From NCBI GenBank assembly GCA_964247055.1, contig OZ176056.1, positions 4,588,001 through 4,652,000 of the forward strand: DNA of 64,000 nucleotides. Reading direction: 5' to 3'. Under the pieces are notes generated by a model, which saw only the letters and a list, made by a program, of their open reading frames with translations, ran no database searches and was not told where the DNA came from. This document shows positions 1 to 13,200 of this stretch, piece after piece. This stretch comes from Paragordius varius. Its lineage: Eukaryota; Animalia; Nematomorpha. The position numbers were made by a program, and so were the translations under genes. Position 1 is the stretch's first letter. Every line of letters begins with the position of its first letter.

Positions 1-150
1 AAATCATAAACTATGCCATAAAAATATATATCATATTAGTAATGAGTTATATTAGTTCGAAAATACATATTTTATTTTTAGGGTGAATTTGAATTGTTCG
101 AGGGTGACTTTGAATTGTTCAGGGGTGAATTTGAACTGTAAATGGTATAT
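1..150. mobile_element. MITE family A, right-hand part, truncated by the window edge, in SPT6 intron
   Basis: Ends in GGGTGAATTTGAACTGTAAATGGTATA with repeated GGGTGAATTTGAA subterminal units. The same terminus occurs at ~14688 and ~43680. Confidence 0.7.
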
Positions 151-938
151 TAAAACAATCTATTTTTCTCCGTTATTTTTGTACAGAACATGGATTTAAT
201 TTATAGGATTAAAAAACTCAATAATTAGCTTTAATTTTATCATAATCTTCCTAATTAACTATTAAATGTTATTGGCATATGTTGAATTGGAATTCATCCT
301 TCGATTATTTTATCGCATAGCATATTATTTTTATCAAGAATTTATATATGGAAAAACTCTAAATCTTAAACCTTTGTAATTAACAATTCTAATATTATAC
401 ATTTTTATAAACCATAAAAAGTTGAAATTATACGGACAAAACGTGAAAATATAAATGAATATATTTTTCTACCGATACCATACTTTTTAAATCTTGATTT
501 TTTTTTAATTATAACCCATTGTTAGCAAAGTATTATATAGAGATGTAAATTGGTACCGCAATCAATTACAGTCATGTATGAGAATTGTCAAACATACATT
601 TTTAATTGATTTTACTTTGTTTTTAATTGTTATAATGTTTGATATGTCAACTTTAAACATGCGCATTTTTAAGCCTTAAAATAATGATAGCCATATATTG
701 TAAACAATTAAATTCAATTAAAAACGTTTATTTGACAATTCTAAACACACATGACTGTATGTTTTTTACGATTATGATTAAATGTTTTTAGAAAATAAAT
801 TAAGGTTTAAAAAAGTATGGTGGTTGTCTTTTAAAAAAAATTGTTTCCTTTATATTTTTTGTCCATATATAAAAAAATTTAAATCTGTCTTATTTATAAG
901 GAAATGTAAAATCAAAATTTTTTAAAGGTAAAAAAAAC

Positions 939-1168
939 CTAAGCGTCCTTCCTCTTCCGCTAAGCTCTGGGCCCGAGTATCGATGCGAATAAAACCGGCC
1001 AGGTTAACAAATACTCTCGGTCCAAGACCGGCTTGAGTAACGAGTTGTGTTCTATTTTGCAATCCAACAATCAATCCACCCGATAAATGGATACCTAATG
1101 TGGAAAAAAATATTTTTTTAAGCTAAGCCTATTTTTTAAACGGTTAAATTTTTTGTTTCAGTTAAATT

Positions 1169-1225
<57 letters not shown>

Positions 1226-4200
1226 ATTATAATGCAAAAGAAATGTAAATTAATAGGAATATATCCCTGATAAATGGATGCCTAATAAAAGGAAAGAAAT
1301 ATAATTAATTGTATGACATTTTGTCCTACTTATACATAAAGATATAAATAAACAATTAATGATAATTATTATCTAATGAGAAGAGAATTTTCAAAGCATT
1401 AAATTTTTGACTTTTTAAGCTAAAAACAATATTACGATGTTTCACAAATAAAACATAAAAACCGGCAAACTCATTTCAAATTTTAAAGCTTAACAATTAG
1501 CCCGAAATTATAAATAAATGTCCAAATGTAACTGTATTATATCCATATCTTCAAAAATTTCATATATATATTTAAATATAACTATTTATTAATTAAAAAT
1601 TTAGATAAAAACCTGCTGTAGTTTTTAACTGAGCCCTTCGACGCTCTAGAATTTTGAGTAAAGCGGCCCCTTTCCTAGGCCCAAGCCCCGAAAGGTATTG
1701 AACCAAACAATTGGCTATACTGTTTGCCGATGATATGGATCCCAAATCTAATGTATAAATACATTTTAGAGATAAAAAATTAATATCACAAATAAAATAT
1801 TATTATTATAAAGAAAAAAAAACGCTTCTGAACCCAATTTTTTTAATATAACACATAGTTTTGGGTTTCAAAATAATGATAAGAAATGTAAATTGATAAA
1901 AGTCTCATATACAGTTCATTTGTTAGAGTCATTTAGAATAAAATAAAGGGGTGAGGTGAAAAAAAGTAGAGTTGTCATTTTTAAAAAAATATAGATCTTT
2001 TTGTTTTTACGTTTTTTTCTTATGTAAAATAAATATTATTAATTGCTACTAAATGAACAAAAAAGCTAAAAAGCCTTAGAGAAGCCATTTAATTACAACA
2101 AAAATTGCAGTTTACATTATAAATTTCGTTTAGAATCATTAAAAGAGATACGTACTAGAATCTAATCGAACACCAAAATGTTCCAGGTAACAGGAACCAA
2201 TTAATTTGGCATTTATCGTGTTTCCATTATTTTCTTGATTAGGACTGTTATCATCATCATCTTGATCTTTATTATGGTTATTACTATAATCAGAGTTTGT
2301 TAAATTATTTATTCCAATTTTGTTTGTTCGATTAGTATTGCCGCCACCTAGGGTAAAACCACCAAACAAAGTTTTAGCATTTAATGTTATAGATGAATAA
2401 TCAGCTCCATTAGAGTCATCTAAAGGGTGTAAAAAGAAGCAAAAAAATGATATAATAATGAAACTAAAGTAGGGATAAAAAAAGTTTTATAAAAAAAATG
2501 TATGGTCATATTCGTTCGGCAATAAGCCAAATCTAAAACATCATGATTTTTTACTACAGCAATAGTAAACATTGTCAAATGTATAAAACAATAACAAAAA
2601 TATATTTAAACAATTGAATTAATAAAACTTAATCATAGTCAAGATTAAATACTAAATTTACTATTTTCAAATTGAATAATAAAAAGTGCTAAAAAACGAC
2701 GTTAGTAAACCAAATTTTTAGGAAACCCCCAAAAAATAAAAATAATTGATATAATTAATCATCTTTAAGATGAGGCCATATAATCTTATAAACCGCACAA
2801 ACGAACTTATATAAATCATACCAAAATTCCCTTGAGTACCATTATTTTTATCCAAAGCCCTTATAGATCTGCCAAGAGCCGTATAAAATTCTACCCTCAA
2901 CATAGCGCATTGATTAACGGTTAAGGTAGGGTTTTTATTTTCCAACAAAGGGTTATTGATAGTATTATTGTTATCTTCATTATTATGTATGCTGGTATCT
3001 AACATCTAAGATAAGAGTTAAAATAAAAAACTTAAGTAAAGTTTAAAAGAGAAATATTTTTTATAGCCATACTTCTCCAATCATAATATTTTATAAATGT
3101 TGTAAAATATCAATTTATTTAACGTATGATTAATTAAATTATACGTTTATTTATTATTTTGTCCAAAACAATGAGTAGTAAACAGTAATGTTTAAATTAG
3201 GGTATGGTTTAAAAGTCTCTATAATATAAATTTTTACTGTAAAAGAGGTCCCTGAAGTATCTCCATAAGCAAGAGCAAACTCACTTCTTACAGCATGCAT
3301 GCGAAGTAATCGATCCAAATCCAATCCGACTAGGCGTGAAATAAGATAAATGAAACATTTGTAAAGAGAAAAAATTTGAGCACTATGGAAAAATCAGGGG
3401 AATGTAAGGGGGAAATATAAATTTTAATAGACATTAACCCTAAAAAGATAATACGCATAACAAAAGTTATTTTAATAAAAACAACCATATTTATAAAACT
3501 TTTATTATATACAGTATGCATGGTTGCTAATACATTATATTATAACAATTTGCAAGAGAGTAGTGTATGGACACAAAAAATGTTAAATAAACAATAATTT
3601 CTTTTTTTTCCATACACTCTTGTGTTGCAAATTACCTTATTATGGTCTGAAATAAGTCAGCAATATTCTATATTATAACCATCATTTTAAGTTGCGATAA
3701 CGATTAAAGAATCGATGACAGAAATACATTTTATAATCGTAATCAGATGTTTATATAATTTTAATACTATTACAAAATACATATCATTCATATCAATAAA
3801 AAAGAGGGAAAAAATAAAAAAAATACTGAACAAACATAATAGTAAAGACAAAATAATCACAATATGTTATGTAGGAAAATCTTTTTTCCAAAAAATAAAA
3901 ACTATCAACCTTCATTTACGCGATCAATGAAACATTGGACAGCTACACGTTTAAGGTCTGTCGCAAATATGGACGAATTGTATCCCCCATCTTTATTGGT
4001 AAAACTTATAGCTTTTGTCGTCTTGCTACCTGATTTAGTGCTATGACCTAATCCCAAAGTTTTACCAATGTTGACGGTAAGTTCATCAACTATATATATT
4101 TTAAAAATGTAAAAATATCAAAAAAAATAGATTTAAAAGGTTAAATCACAATTATTGGGAAGAGCATAAAAAGTCTACTTTATCAATTCGGCATTAAAAT

Positions 4201-7200
4201 TTCTAACACAAAAACTAACTTTTTATACAATGAAATTTAAGGTAAAAAATTGTTTTTATCATTAAATTTAAATGCAAATAATTATTTGTAAAAAAACGGG
4301 TAAACTATTTAAACAAAATAAAACTGAATAATTTTTATGATATTTCTGTTTTTACAGATACCATTTTTTTGATTCATAACGCATTTTTTAAACAAAAATA
4401 AAAACCCATAACAAAATTAAACTTAAAGAATCAATAAATTTATTGTTTATAATACCCTCATTTTTAAGTGCAGTATTGTTTATATTGTCAAGAGTCGTGT
4501 TTTTATCAGATGTGTCAGTAGAATTATTGTTGGAATTGCCACCAGATTTTTGATTATTATTATTATTTCCAAAGACACTAAGCCCATTGTAAACTTCAAG
4601 AAGGATTCGTTGACTTGGTTCAAGATTTAAGCAATACAAATCACTATCAGTTGATTCGGTCAAAGCCTATACAAAATAGGGATTATATTTAAACCCCAAT
4701 AAACTTAATGTACCACACTCTAATCACGATGTTCCATAAAAACATTAACTTCTGTTAAAATTGTTTCATAAGAACATCATAGCTCATTTAAAACATTTTT
4801 AATATATTATAAAAATATGAGCGGTCAAAATGTAGAAATAATAATTTTCTTCCTTTTCTGTTATTTTGTATTTGACACAATTTATTGTTTCTAACTTAAA
4901 AGTGGTGTCATATAAATTCTTACATTAGCCGCACGCCCTTGAAGTGTCGTATCAGGCAGTAATTGAGCAAATTCCATCAATGGATCCTGGACTCTACGGG
5001 CAAGACTTAAGGCTTTACGGGCTAGGAGAAGTAAGGCTTGAGCCTTACTATATTCTTCTGTAAAAGCGACCGAATTGCCTCCAGCTTTAGCCGTTAATGA
5101 ATCTGTGCCAGTCTGTGAATTTGCCCCACTGCGTCCTTTAAACGCACCCAAAGTAGAGGACGAATTAAAGGAGTTATAACCGCCACCGGATTTAGAGGAT
5201 GATTGAGCGTTCGTGTTTTTGGCAAGAGAATCGGATAGAGAAACATCTATATACACACACATAGGTATGTTAAACATCAATCGCTATTAGATTTGATATA
5301 ATACAATTTGTTGATGAAAATGTGTAAAAACGGTATTAAATTATGAGGCAATTAAAACGGTCAATCAAAAAAATTTTAAAAATATATTAAAATTACAATT
5401 GTTATAATAGAGCAGTTGAATTACTAAATCAATTTAAACGGAGTTTAATTACATACATTTTATTTAGGAGGTATATTACTATCATCCTAAACACATCATT
5501 AATATCAAGTCAGACCGCCTTATTATAACTATTTACCTGGAGAAACCAAATACCCAATACTAACCCTACCATGACTTATTGCATGGTATTAAATAATAGC
5601 AAATATAATTGGACAACCCTTTCAGTTAACTAAACGAAACTCTCTTCTCAACTTTAAATCTTTCTTATTTTAATAGAGATATAATGCATATTCATATCTA
5701 CTAACCTAAAGCAGTTGCTCGACCCGCTATAACATTAGCCAAGTCATCATCAATCAGGGCTATTTGAACGGGCGGAAAATCAATCAAATTTTGTTCAAGG
5801 TCCAAACAAATGTCTTTGAGTTCTTCGCGCAGAGCTAGGCAAGCCCGTGAACTATCACAAGCTCCTACGGCAATTACGTGTGGTCGATAGGTGGTTAGGA
5901 ATGCCCGCAAAACTAATAAATCTCTTTCTTTGCTGGCACGATCGATTGCAGGTGTAAACATGGATCTTTTACTGTGTGTGGGATATGAAATTCATAGAAA
6001 TTTTTAGTAATAAATAATTATCAATTCATATTAGTTATATTAGTATAGACCAAACCTTTGATTAAGCGACACTTTAGGTATTAATATAAGGTTTATCAAG
6101 CATATATTAAAATTATAAAGACAAAAGGAAAAAACTGATACAAGGGTTTATAATTATATTTATATAAGGTGTGTTAAAATCAGTGACTACACTTGTTTAG
6201 CCTTAAAATTAACACACCACACTTTTAATAGATATTTTATATAAGTTATACGCAAAATTCCTATAACTGCGCAATTACATCAGGTATTTTTGAAAAAATT
6301 TCGTGTTCATATAATTTTATACTCATACTTTTTCAACAAAGCCGGGAGTCGTATCGTTTCAATCAATTCTCCACACGGGCCTATAAGTACGCCTACGACC
6401 CCGAGTTCATTGAATTGGGACGAAGTTTTGTACTGTTGTTGTTGCAAGTGAGAAAGAACGCCCCCTTTAAACTTGCTCATACTGTATGCCAATCCTAGGA
6501 CTCTAACACCACCTGAAACATTTCAAAATATATATGTGAGCAAAAATTTAGAATAAAAAGGCAATAAAAGTAAAAGAGATAAAAACTTTTTAAAATAATT
6601 TAATTTAACAGCAAAAAATAAATATATATGTGAGCAAAAATTTAGAATATTAAGGGAATAAAAGTACTAAATGATAAAAACTTAAAGTTTAATACCTATA
6701 TCGTTTTGGGTTGAAATGATAAATTTAAATTTTACAGTAAAAAAATAAAACTTAAATATATGTGCAAAAATTTAGATAAAGGGAAAAAAGGTACTAAATG
6801 ATAAAACCTTAAAGTTTAACTATATCGTTTTGGGTTGAAATGGTAAATTTAAATTTTACAGTAAAAAATGAAACTTAAATATACTGTAAAAATTTAAATA
6901 ATAAGGATGGTAAAGTGATAAGATCATTTTTTAATACCTATAATTTTAAATTAAAAAATAAAATATTTAATTCAGCAGCAAAAAATAAAACCTTAAAGTT
7001 TGATACATATCGTTTTGGGCAAAAAAAGAATACAAAAAATTTATATATATATATATTATAAGATAAAAATTATTTTTTATACCTATCGTTTTGCTTTGAA
7101 AAAATAAATATTAATTTTGCAGTAAAAAATCAAGAAAAAAAGTAAAAAAAAACAACTTTAAAAATTTTAAATTATACCTATAGTTTAATCTTGAAAAATA

Positions 7201-10200
7201 AAATTTTATTTTATTTTAAATATTGAAATTATACAAAAAACTTAAAACATCAAAAACAGCCATATACTTTTTAAAACATAGATTTTATTAATACATTTTT
7301 CGGATTGAAAAATAAAATATAGATATGTACAGTAAAACATTAATTTTTAAAGACAAAAAAATAAAAAATTTAGTTAAAATTTTTTGAGTCATTAAGAGAG
7401 CCACACTTTATAAAACTATCATAAACTAATTCGAAATCATATAGTAATAAATTAAAACTCAAAAAGAACATTTTTAAATAAAATATTTGTTTTTTCGGCT
7501 TTGTCCTTAAAAAATTTAACATGCCTTTTAAATTAGTAATAAGTTTTTTGTATCGGTAATAAAAACGTGTATTTTCCCATAAATTACCTCATTTGAATGG
7601 GTGTGTGTGAACCCAAAAAATAAATATATAACTTTTTAAATTTTATGTTTAAAAATATATATATAATTATACCAAATATGCTTAATCTAATATTAATATA
7701 TCAAAGCTTATTACTTTTTAAAATAATTATGGTGTAAATGTTATTGTAATATTAACGCAAGCCATGTAAACATAATTAAATGCATATATTATTGCATTAG
7801 GGATTTATAATGAATTTAACGTTTGTAGAGGTAAAAATTGTGATTGATAAGAAATCTCATATCTTTAATAAACTCAACGACATTTTTTACTTTTATTTTT
7901 TACTGAAAACAAAATATTGATGTCGCAAAACATCGAATAAAGATTCATTGTTGTAATCACAATTTGAATTTTATATGTTAATAAAAAAGTAACAAAAAAT
8001 GGTTCGTAATTTAAATTGTACATTTATCACAAAAAAATAAAAATACCATTTGCACCATTGGTCTCGTACGGAGCAGAGCCGGTATTTTCACTTATGTATG
8101 GACCAATTTTTAGTACGGAATAAAGTCTATATGTATAAAAAACATATTAGGCTAAAGTCTTTAATGATTCATAAATTTGGAGGCATAAAATTAGATCAAA
8201 TATATGTCTAGGTAATCCGAAATATGCATTTGTTGATAAAGTTTGCGGTTTATTTTTTTCATAAGGTTGAAACAAATCAAAACCATTATGCCATAAAATA
8301 TCCAAATCTGAGTATCAAAATTTATTATGATTGCAGAATTGGCTGAAAAGTATTTTTAAATATGGGTTTCGCAATAACCTTACATCATAGTATTAGATAA
8401 TTTAAAATATTGCTATACGGTTTATAAATTGAAAGTTGTTGCTTGGAATTGAAATGCATTCTTCTTAATTTAAGTTAATCCTATAATTTTAATTATATTA
8501 AATCAAGTTGATTGAAAATTTAAAAAAATGCATTTTTTGCCTTTTTCTTACTTTAAAGTCTTTACTAACTACTATCTTCAAATATTCATTTATTGAAAAA
8601 ATAATTTATTTATACTTTAATAATTTATAAACCCCGCATTCAACGCATAAACTTACATGCATACCTGTAAGCATAACTATTAAGGATAGCGTCCCTCGCT
8701 TCAGCTAACAATTGTTTCGATAATTCTTCCGCTAAAACCGGATATAAATAATTAAGGAGGGCTTTTGCTAATGCCTCACGTCTTTGACCATTCCAAGCCT
8801 GTGCAACTGCGCTATATTCATCACGTTCAAGTAAGACGGCTAATTCCTTAACAACCTTAGCTTGTTCGGTTCGAGTTAGGCCTAAAATAAAACACTAGAT
8901 ATTATATTTTGGCGACGATTAAATGTGAACACATGCCGGTTTTGGTATAAATGTATAAAAAATAAATTAGGTTATGGCTATCGTTTAAAAAACATATTTT
9001 TATCTACTAAGTTTACGCTATAAATATTAACTGCAGATAAAGACAGATAGGATTTACAGCAAAAAGCATTTATTTCGTTGGTAAAAAGCGAAATTATTTG
9101 GTATGCACTAAAATTTTAATGGTTAAAATATTTTTGGCAACGATTATTATTGAGCTAATGCAGATTTATAACTAATAGTTACGTATTTACGTTAATTTGA
9201 AGTTTGATATAACTATAAAATATTTTAAACTCAATAATTATAAAAAAAAATATTTGAATTAAAAGATTTTTTTAAAATACTAACCTAGTTGGATTTCCAA
9301 TAAGCCTTGTTGCATAGCCCAAATCAATTTAATGAATTGATCGCCCCATAAATCACGCACAGGTTTATCTATAAACAAATTATTAGCATTAGGCTTTTTC
9401 TTGTAAGTAAGACAAAACATAATTTTAAAAGAGGGTTTTATATTAAAATGATTTATATAAGATTTTCAGAAAACCCTTTGTGTGGAAAAAAGGCTGTAAA
9501 ATTTTAATATTTTAGGAATAATAGTTTTGCACAAAATAGGATCAGCGTTAACAAAAGAAATTCAACCTCACAAAAATTAGTTTAAACGTAGAACTTAAGT
9601 ATAACGCTAAAACTAATAAAATATGGTTTTTAGTATATATTCTTATTAAATTTAAGCATACAAATAGCTATCAATGGATATCATAAAGATCAATAATTTC
9701 ATAGAAAATTAAACAAAAACCAGCAATAAATGAATGTTAAAATCAATCAAAAATGTCGTTTTTTAAAAATACAAGATTAAACATAAAAACCATAAATTAT
9801 GAAAAAAAGACAATAATATTTAATAAATTATTTCTACTATTAATAAATCCTTTCAAAATTATTAACTAAGCTCCCGCATAAATAAAATCCGTTTTTCCAA
9901 AAAAACCCATAAAATTTGTTTTTAAAATCTCCGTTAATCTTAACCCGAAACTATTCATCCTACCTTTAATGAATTTCATGCTGTAGCAAGGATCAGATTC
10001 CTCTTCGATTCCACCCCCAAAAGTGGCCAAATTTTCGAGGTAGGAAGTCAAACAAGGCCTAACACGCAGGAGTGCCCGTTCTCTAAAGAGTGTTCTCACA
10101 TGTTTTCTCAGCGCTGGTTCTTTAGCCAGCCGAACGGTAAATATGTGATTAGCGGCACGTAACAAGGCATTCGTTATAAGCGTTTCTTGTTGTTTAACAC

Positions 10201-13200
10201 TGTGTTATAATAAGGAGTAAAATTTGAATTATAAATTAATATTAAGACTGAAAATTCTTATTACATCAATTATTGATTATAAAAAATAGTATTAGAGACT
10301 AATTTTCCCAAATAATGTATATAGCTTTTATCAAAAAACTGAAATAATAACTTTACCATGCTCAAAAAATGATACATTACATATGTTGTTTTGTATTAAA
10401 TTAGTTACAGTTAAAATCTTTTTTAAAAAACAAAACAACAGGTTAAATCAATGTTCAATTCAATCTTTCCATAAAAAAATAGAAAAAGAGCAAAAAACCA
10501 ATTGTAAACTTCACAATTTATCTCAATTTTCTAGACTATCCCAAAAAAGTGACTTACACATCTTCAAGTGTCATTTTACAATCCTCCTCATTATTATCAT
10601 CTTTATTTTCGCCATAAACATTTGGATCAGCAGGTAAGGGGTCCTTTTTAATTTGAAGATTTTTTTGTTTTCCACTCAATGATGAAGATGCTGACAAAAC
10701 ATTGGCAGTAAAGCGGGCCAAAAGATTAGAGGCTTCGGAAAGACCGCGTGAATAAATTGAACTGGAATTAACACTGGCTAGGGTTGGGCCTAGGGCATAA
10801 CTGTCGATCCCTGCTTCATCATTGCTTTCAACGTTGTTGTGGTTTGCTATGTTATGTTGTGTCGTATTTCGGCAAGAGTCTTGTTGTAAGGATGAAACTA
10901 TCATTGTTGTAAGGGATATATAAGTAACAATTATCTGAAAAAATTATTATTGGTAATCATAAGTTTATATTAAATTAATTATGGCAAACATCAAAAAACT
11001 ATATATTTTATTGTATGGAAAATATAGTGTTAAAAGTAGGCGCGTTAAACTGAAATAGTTTTTCTAATAGTTAAGCATGTCAACAAAAAATTATATAACA
11101 TATATTCATTGGCCAAAAAAAGCGTTTAAAATTATGTCATTAATATAAAGAGTCCCCCTTACCCATAGTCCAAAACGTTTCACAATCCCGTGAAAGTGTT
11201 TCAGCCCTAAATATTTGTGAAGGGTCAAGTCTCATTTGAGCGACTTCATGTTTTTGATAATTTTCTTGCACATTTTCGGCAAATTGGGCAGCCGTTATCC
11301 CGAAATATTTGGTTACGGCACGACCAATCCCCATACGCAAAAACAAGGCATAATTCGATAGTTTTTGTGGCTAATAGAAACCGTTAATTTTTAGATGAGC
11401 ATAAATAGTCTTTAAAACCGTGGATCATAATTTATTACTGTTAAAAAGATTCAACAGATATCCATTATTCATCATTAATAGTAAATTTGTCAAAATAATA
11501 AGATCAAAACATGTTTTTTAATTGCAGTAAAAAATGACATTTTATATGGCGGACAAACATAAAAACGTTAAAAAATAAAGAAAACTTAAGTAGTCAACAA
11601 TATGTTTTAGATTTATTAATATAACTTATCGTTTTGCATATCAAAATGAGAAATAGAGATGTAAATTAGTAACATACTCAATTAAATTTTTTTATATTTT
11701 TATTATATAATCACAAATAAAATCAGTATAAATGTATTTATTATATATAAATATATGTCTTTTAAAATCACTTTCAAATTTAAAGAAAAATAAGAAATTA
11801 TTAATTTTAAAAAACACGTAATCATACGTTTTTATCGTCTAAAATTACAAACAGTAATAACTATATAAACATATTTTTCAAAAGTGTTGATAGAGCCAAG
11901 CCATAAACATTTTTAAACTAATTTTTATCCATGAAAAATGATCAATAGTCGATAAATTTTTAATTATTTAAATGCAAAAATTTAACATGTTAATATACCA
12001 TACCGGTTTAAAATGTTTGTCCTTGAACTCTTCATGAACGTTATCTGGATCAATTTGGCTATCTTCTAAATTTTTGAAAAAAATTACATATATCAAATAA
12101 AATTAATAAAAGTCCACTGAGAAAAAATAACAGAAAGATCCCTATTTGACTATATATGTTGAGTAGCTTTATCTATTTGAAAAATTAAAAAGCATAAATT
12201 ATTTCTTATAATGTAAAAAATCTGTAAGTTACCATCTTAACATTCAAATGTAAGGTGTAAAAACTTTAAAATTATCTATAAAGAAAATTTTTAACATAGA
12301 ATAACTAAACATGTGAAAACAATATAAGGTATTTTTGTTTTTATATATCACACAAAAAATTCATCACAAACATTTATGAAAAAAGAAGTAAAACACATAA
12401 AATAATCGGTAAAAATTGATAAATTACGTAATAAGATATAATTTATACAATAACAAACATTTATATCCACAGCAAATTCTGAGTAAAAACAAAAATATAA
12501 AATTGTTTTATTGAAATTTTTTATACCATTATCCTCGTCATTGGGTAGTGTATCTATTTCTGACATGGGCCCATCTTCATTATCATTTGTTGTCGTATGG
12601 GCTAAAGTTGTATCAAATACTGAACTATTAACCATCTTTTTTGTCCGTTTTTGGTGACGATTTTGTTGGAAAGCATTGAATTGTTTGACATACCTCACCA
12701 ATTCACCATAATAATGAATCCACCATGCCCTATAATCTTCAACCTCATCCATGCTTTTAAGAGCACCAACTCGGGCCAATTCGCTTTGCGTTAAGGGTGG
12801 AATATCTTTACAATAATGCAAGAAATAAATATGGTTATAAAATTCAATGCAAATAAATAAATTAAAATAGATATTAAAATTGTAACTTAATCAACCTATT
12901 ATGTAAAGCTTTTTAAAGAGGTAATGTATCACAGATGTAAGAATGTTGTGTGATAAGTCAACTTTAATAAAATTTATATTTAGAAAACACTTTACATTCA
13001 TCTATTTGATGGGCCATCAAATCAATTAAAAGCTTATTTTTTCCTTTAATTTAATAGGAAAAGGAGTGTGAGTGGGTAAATACAAATAAAAGTTTTTATA
13101 CCTTATGTTTAGAATTCCTAAACATATATAAATAAATATATATACTATATCACATCAAAAAACAAAAACAATTTATTCTTAAATATAAAATCTTTAATCG

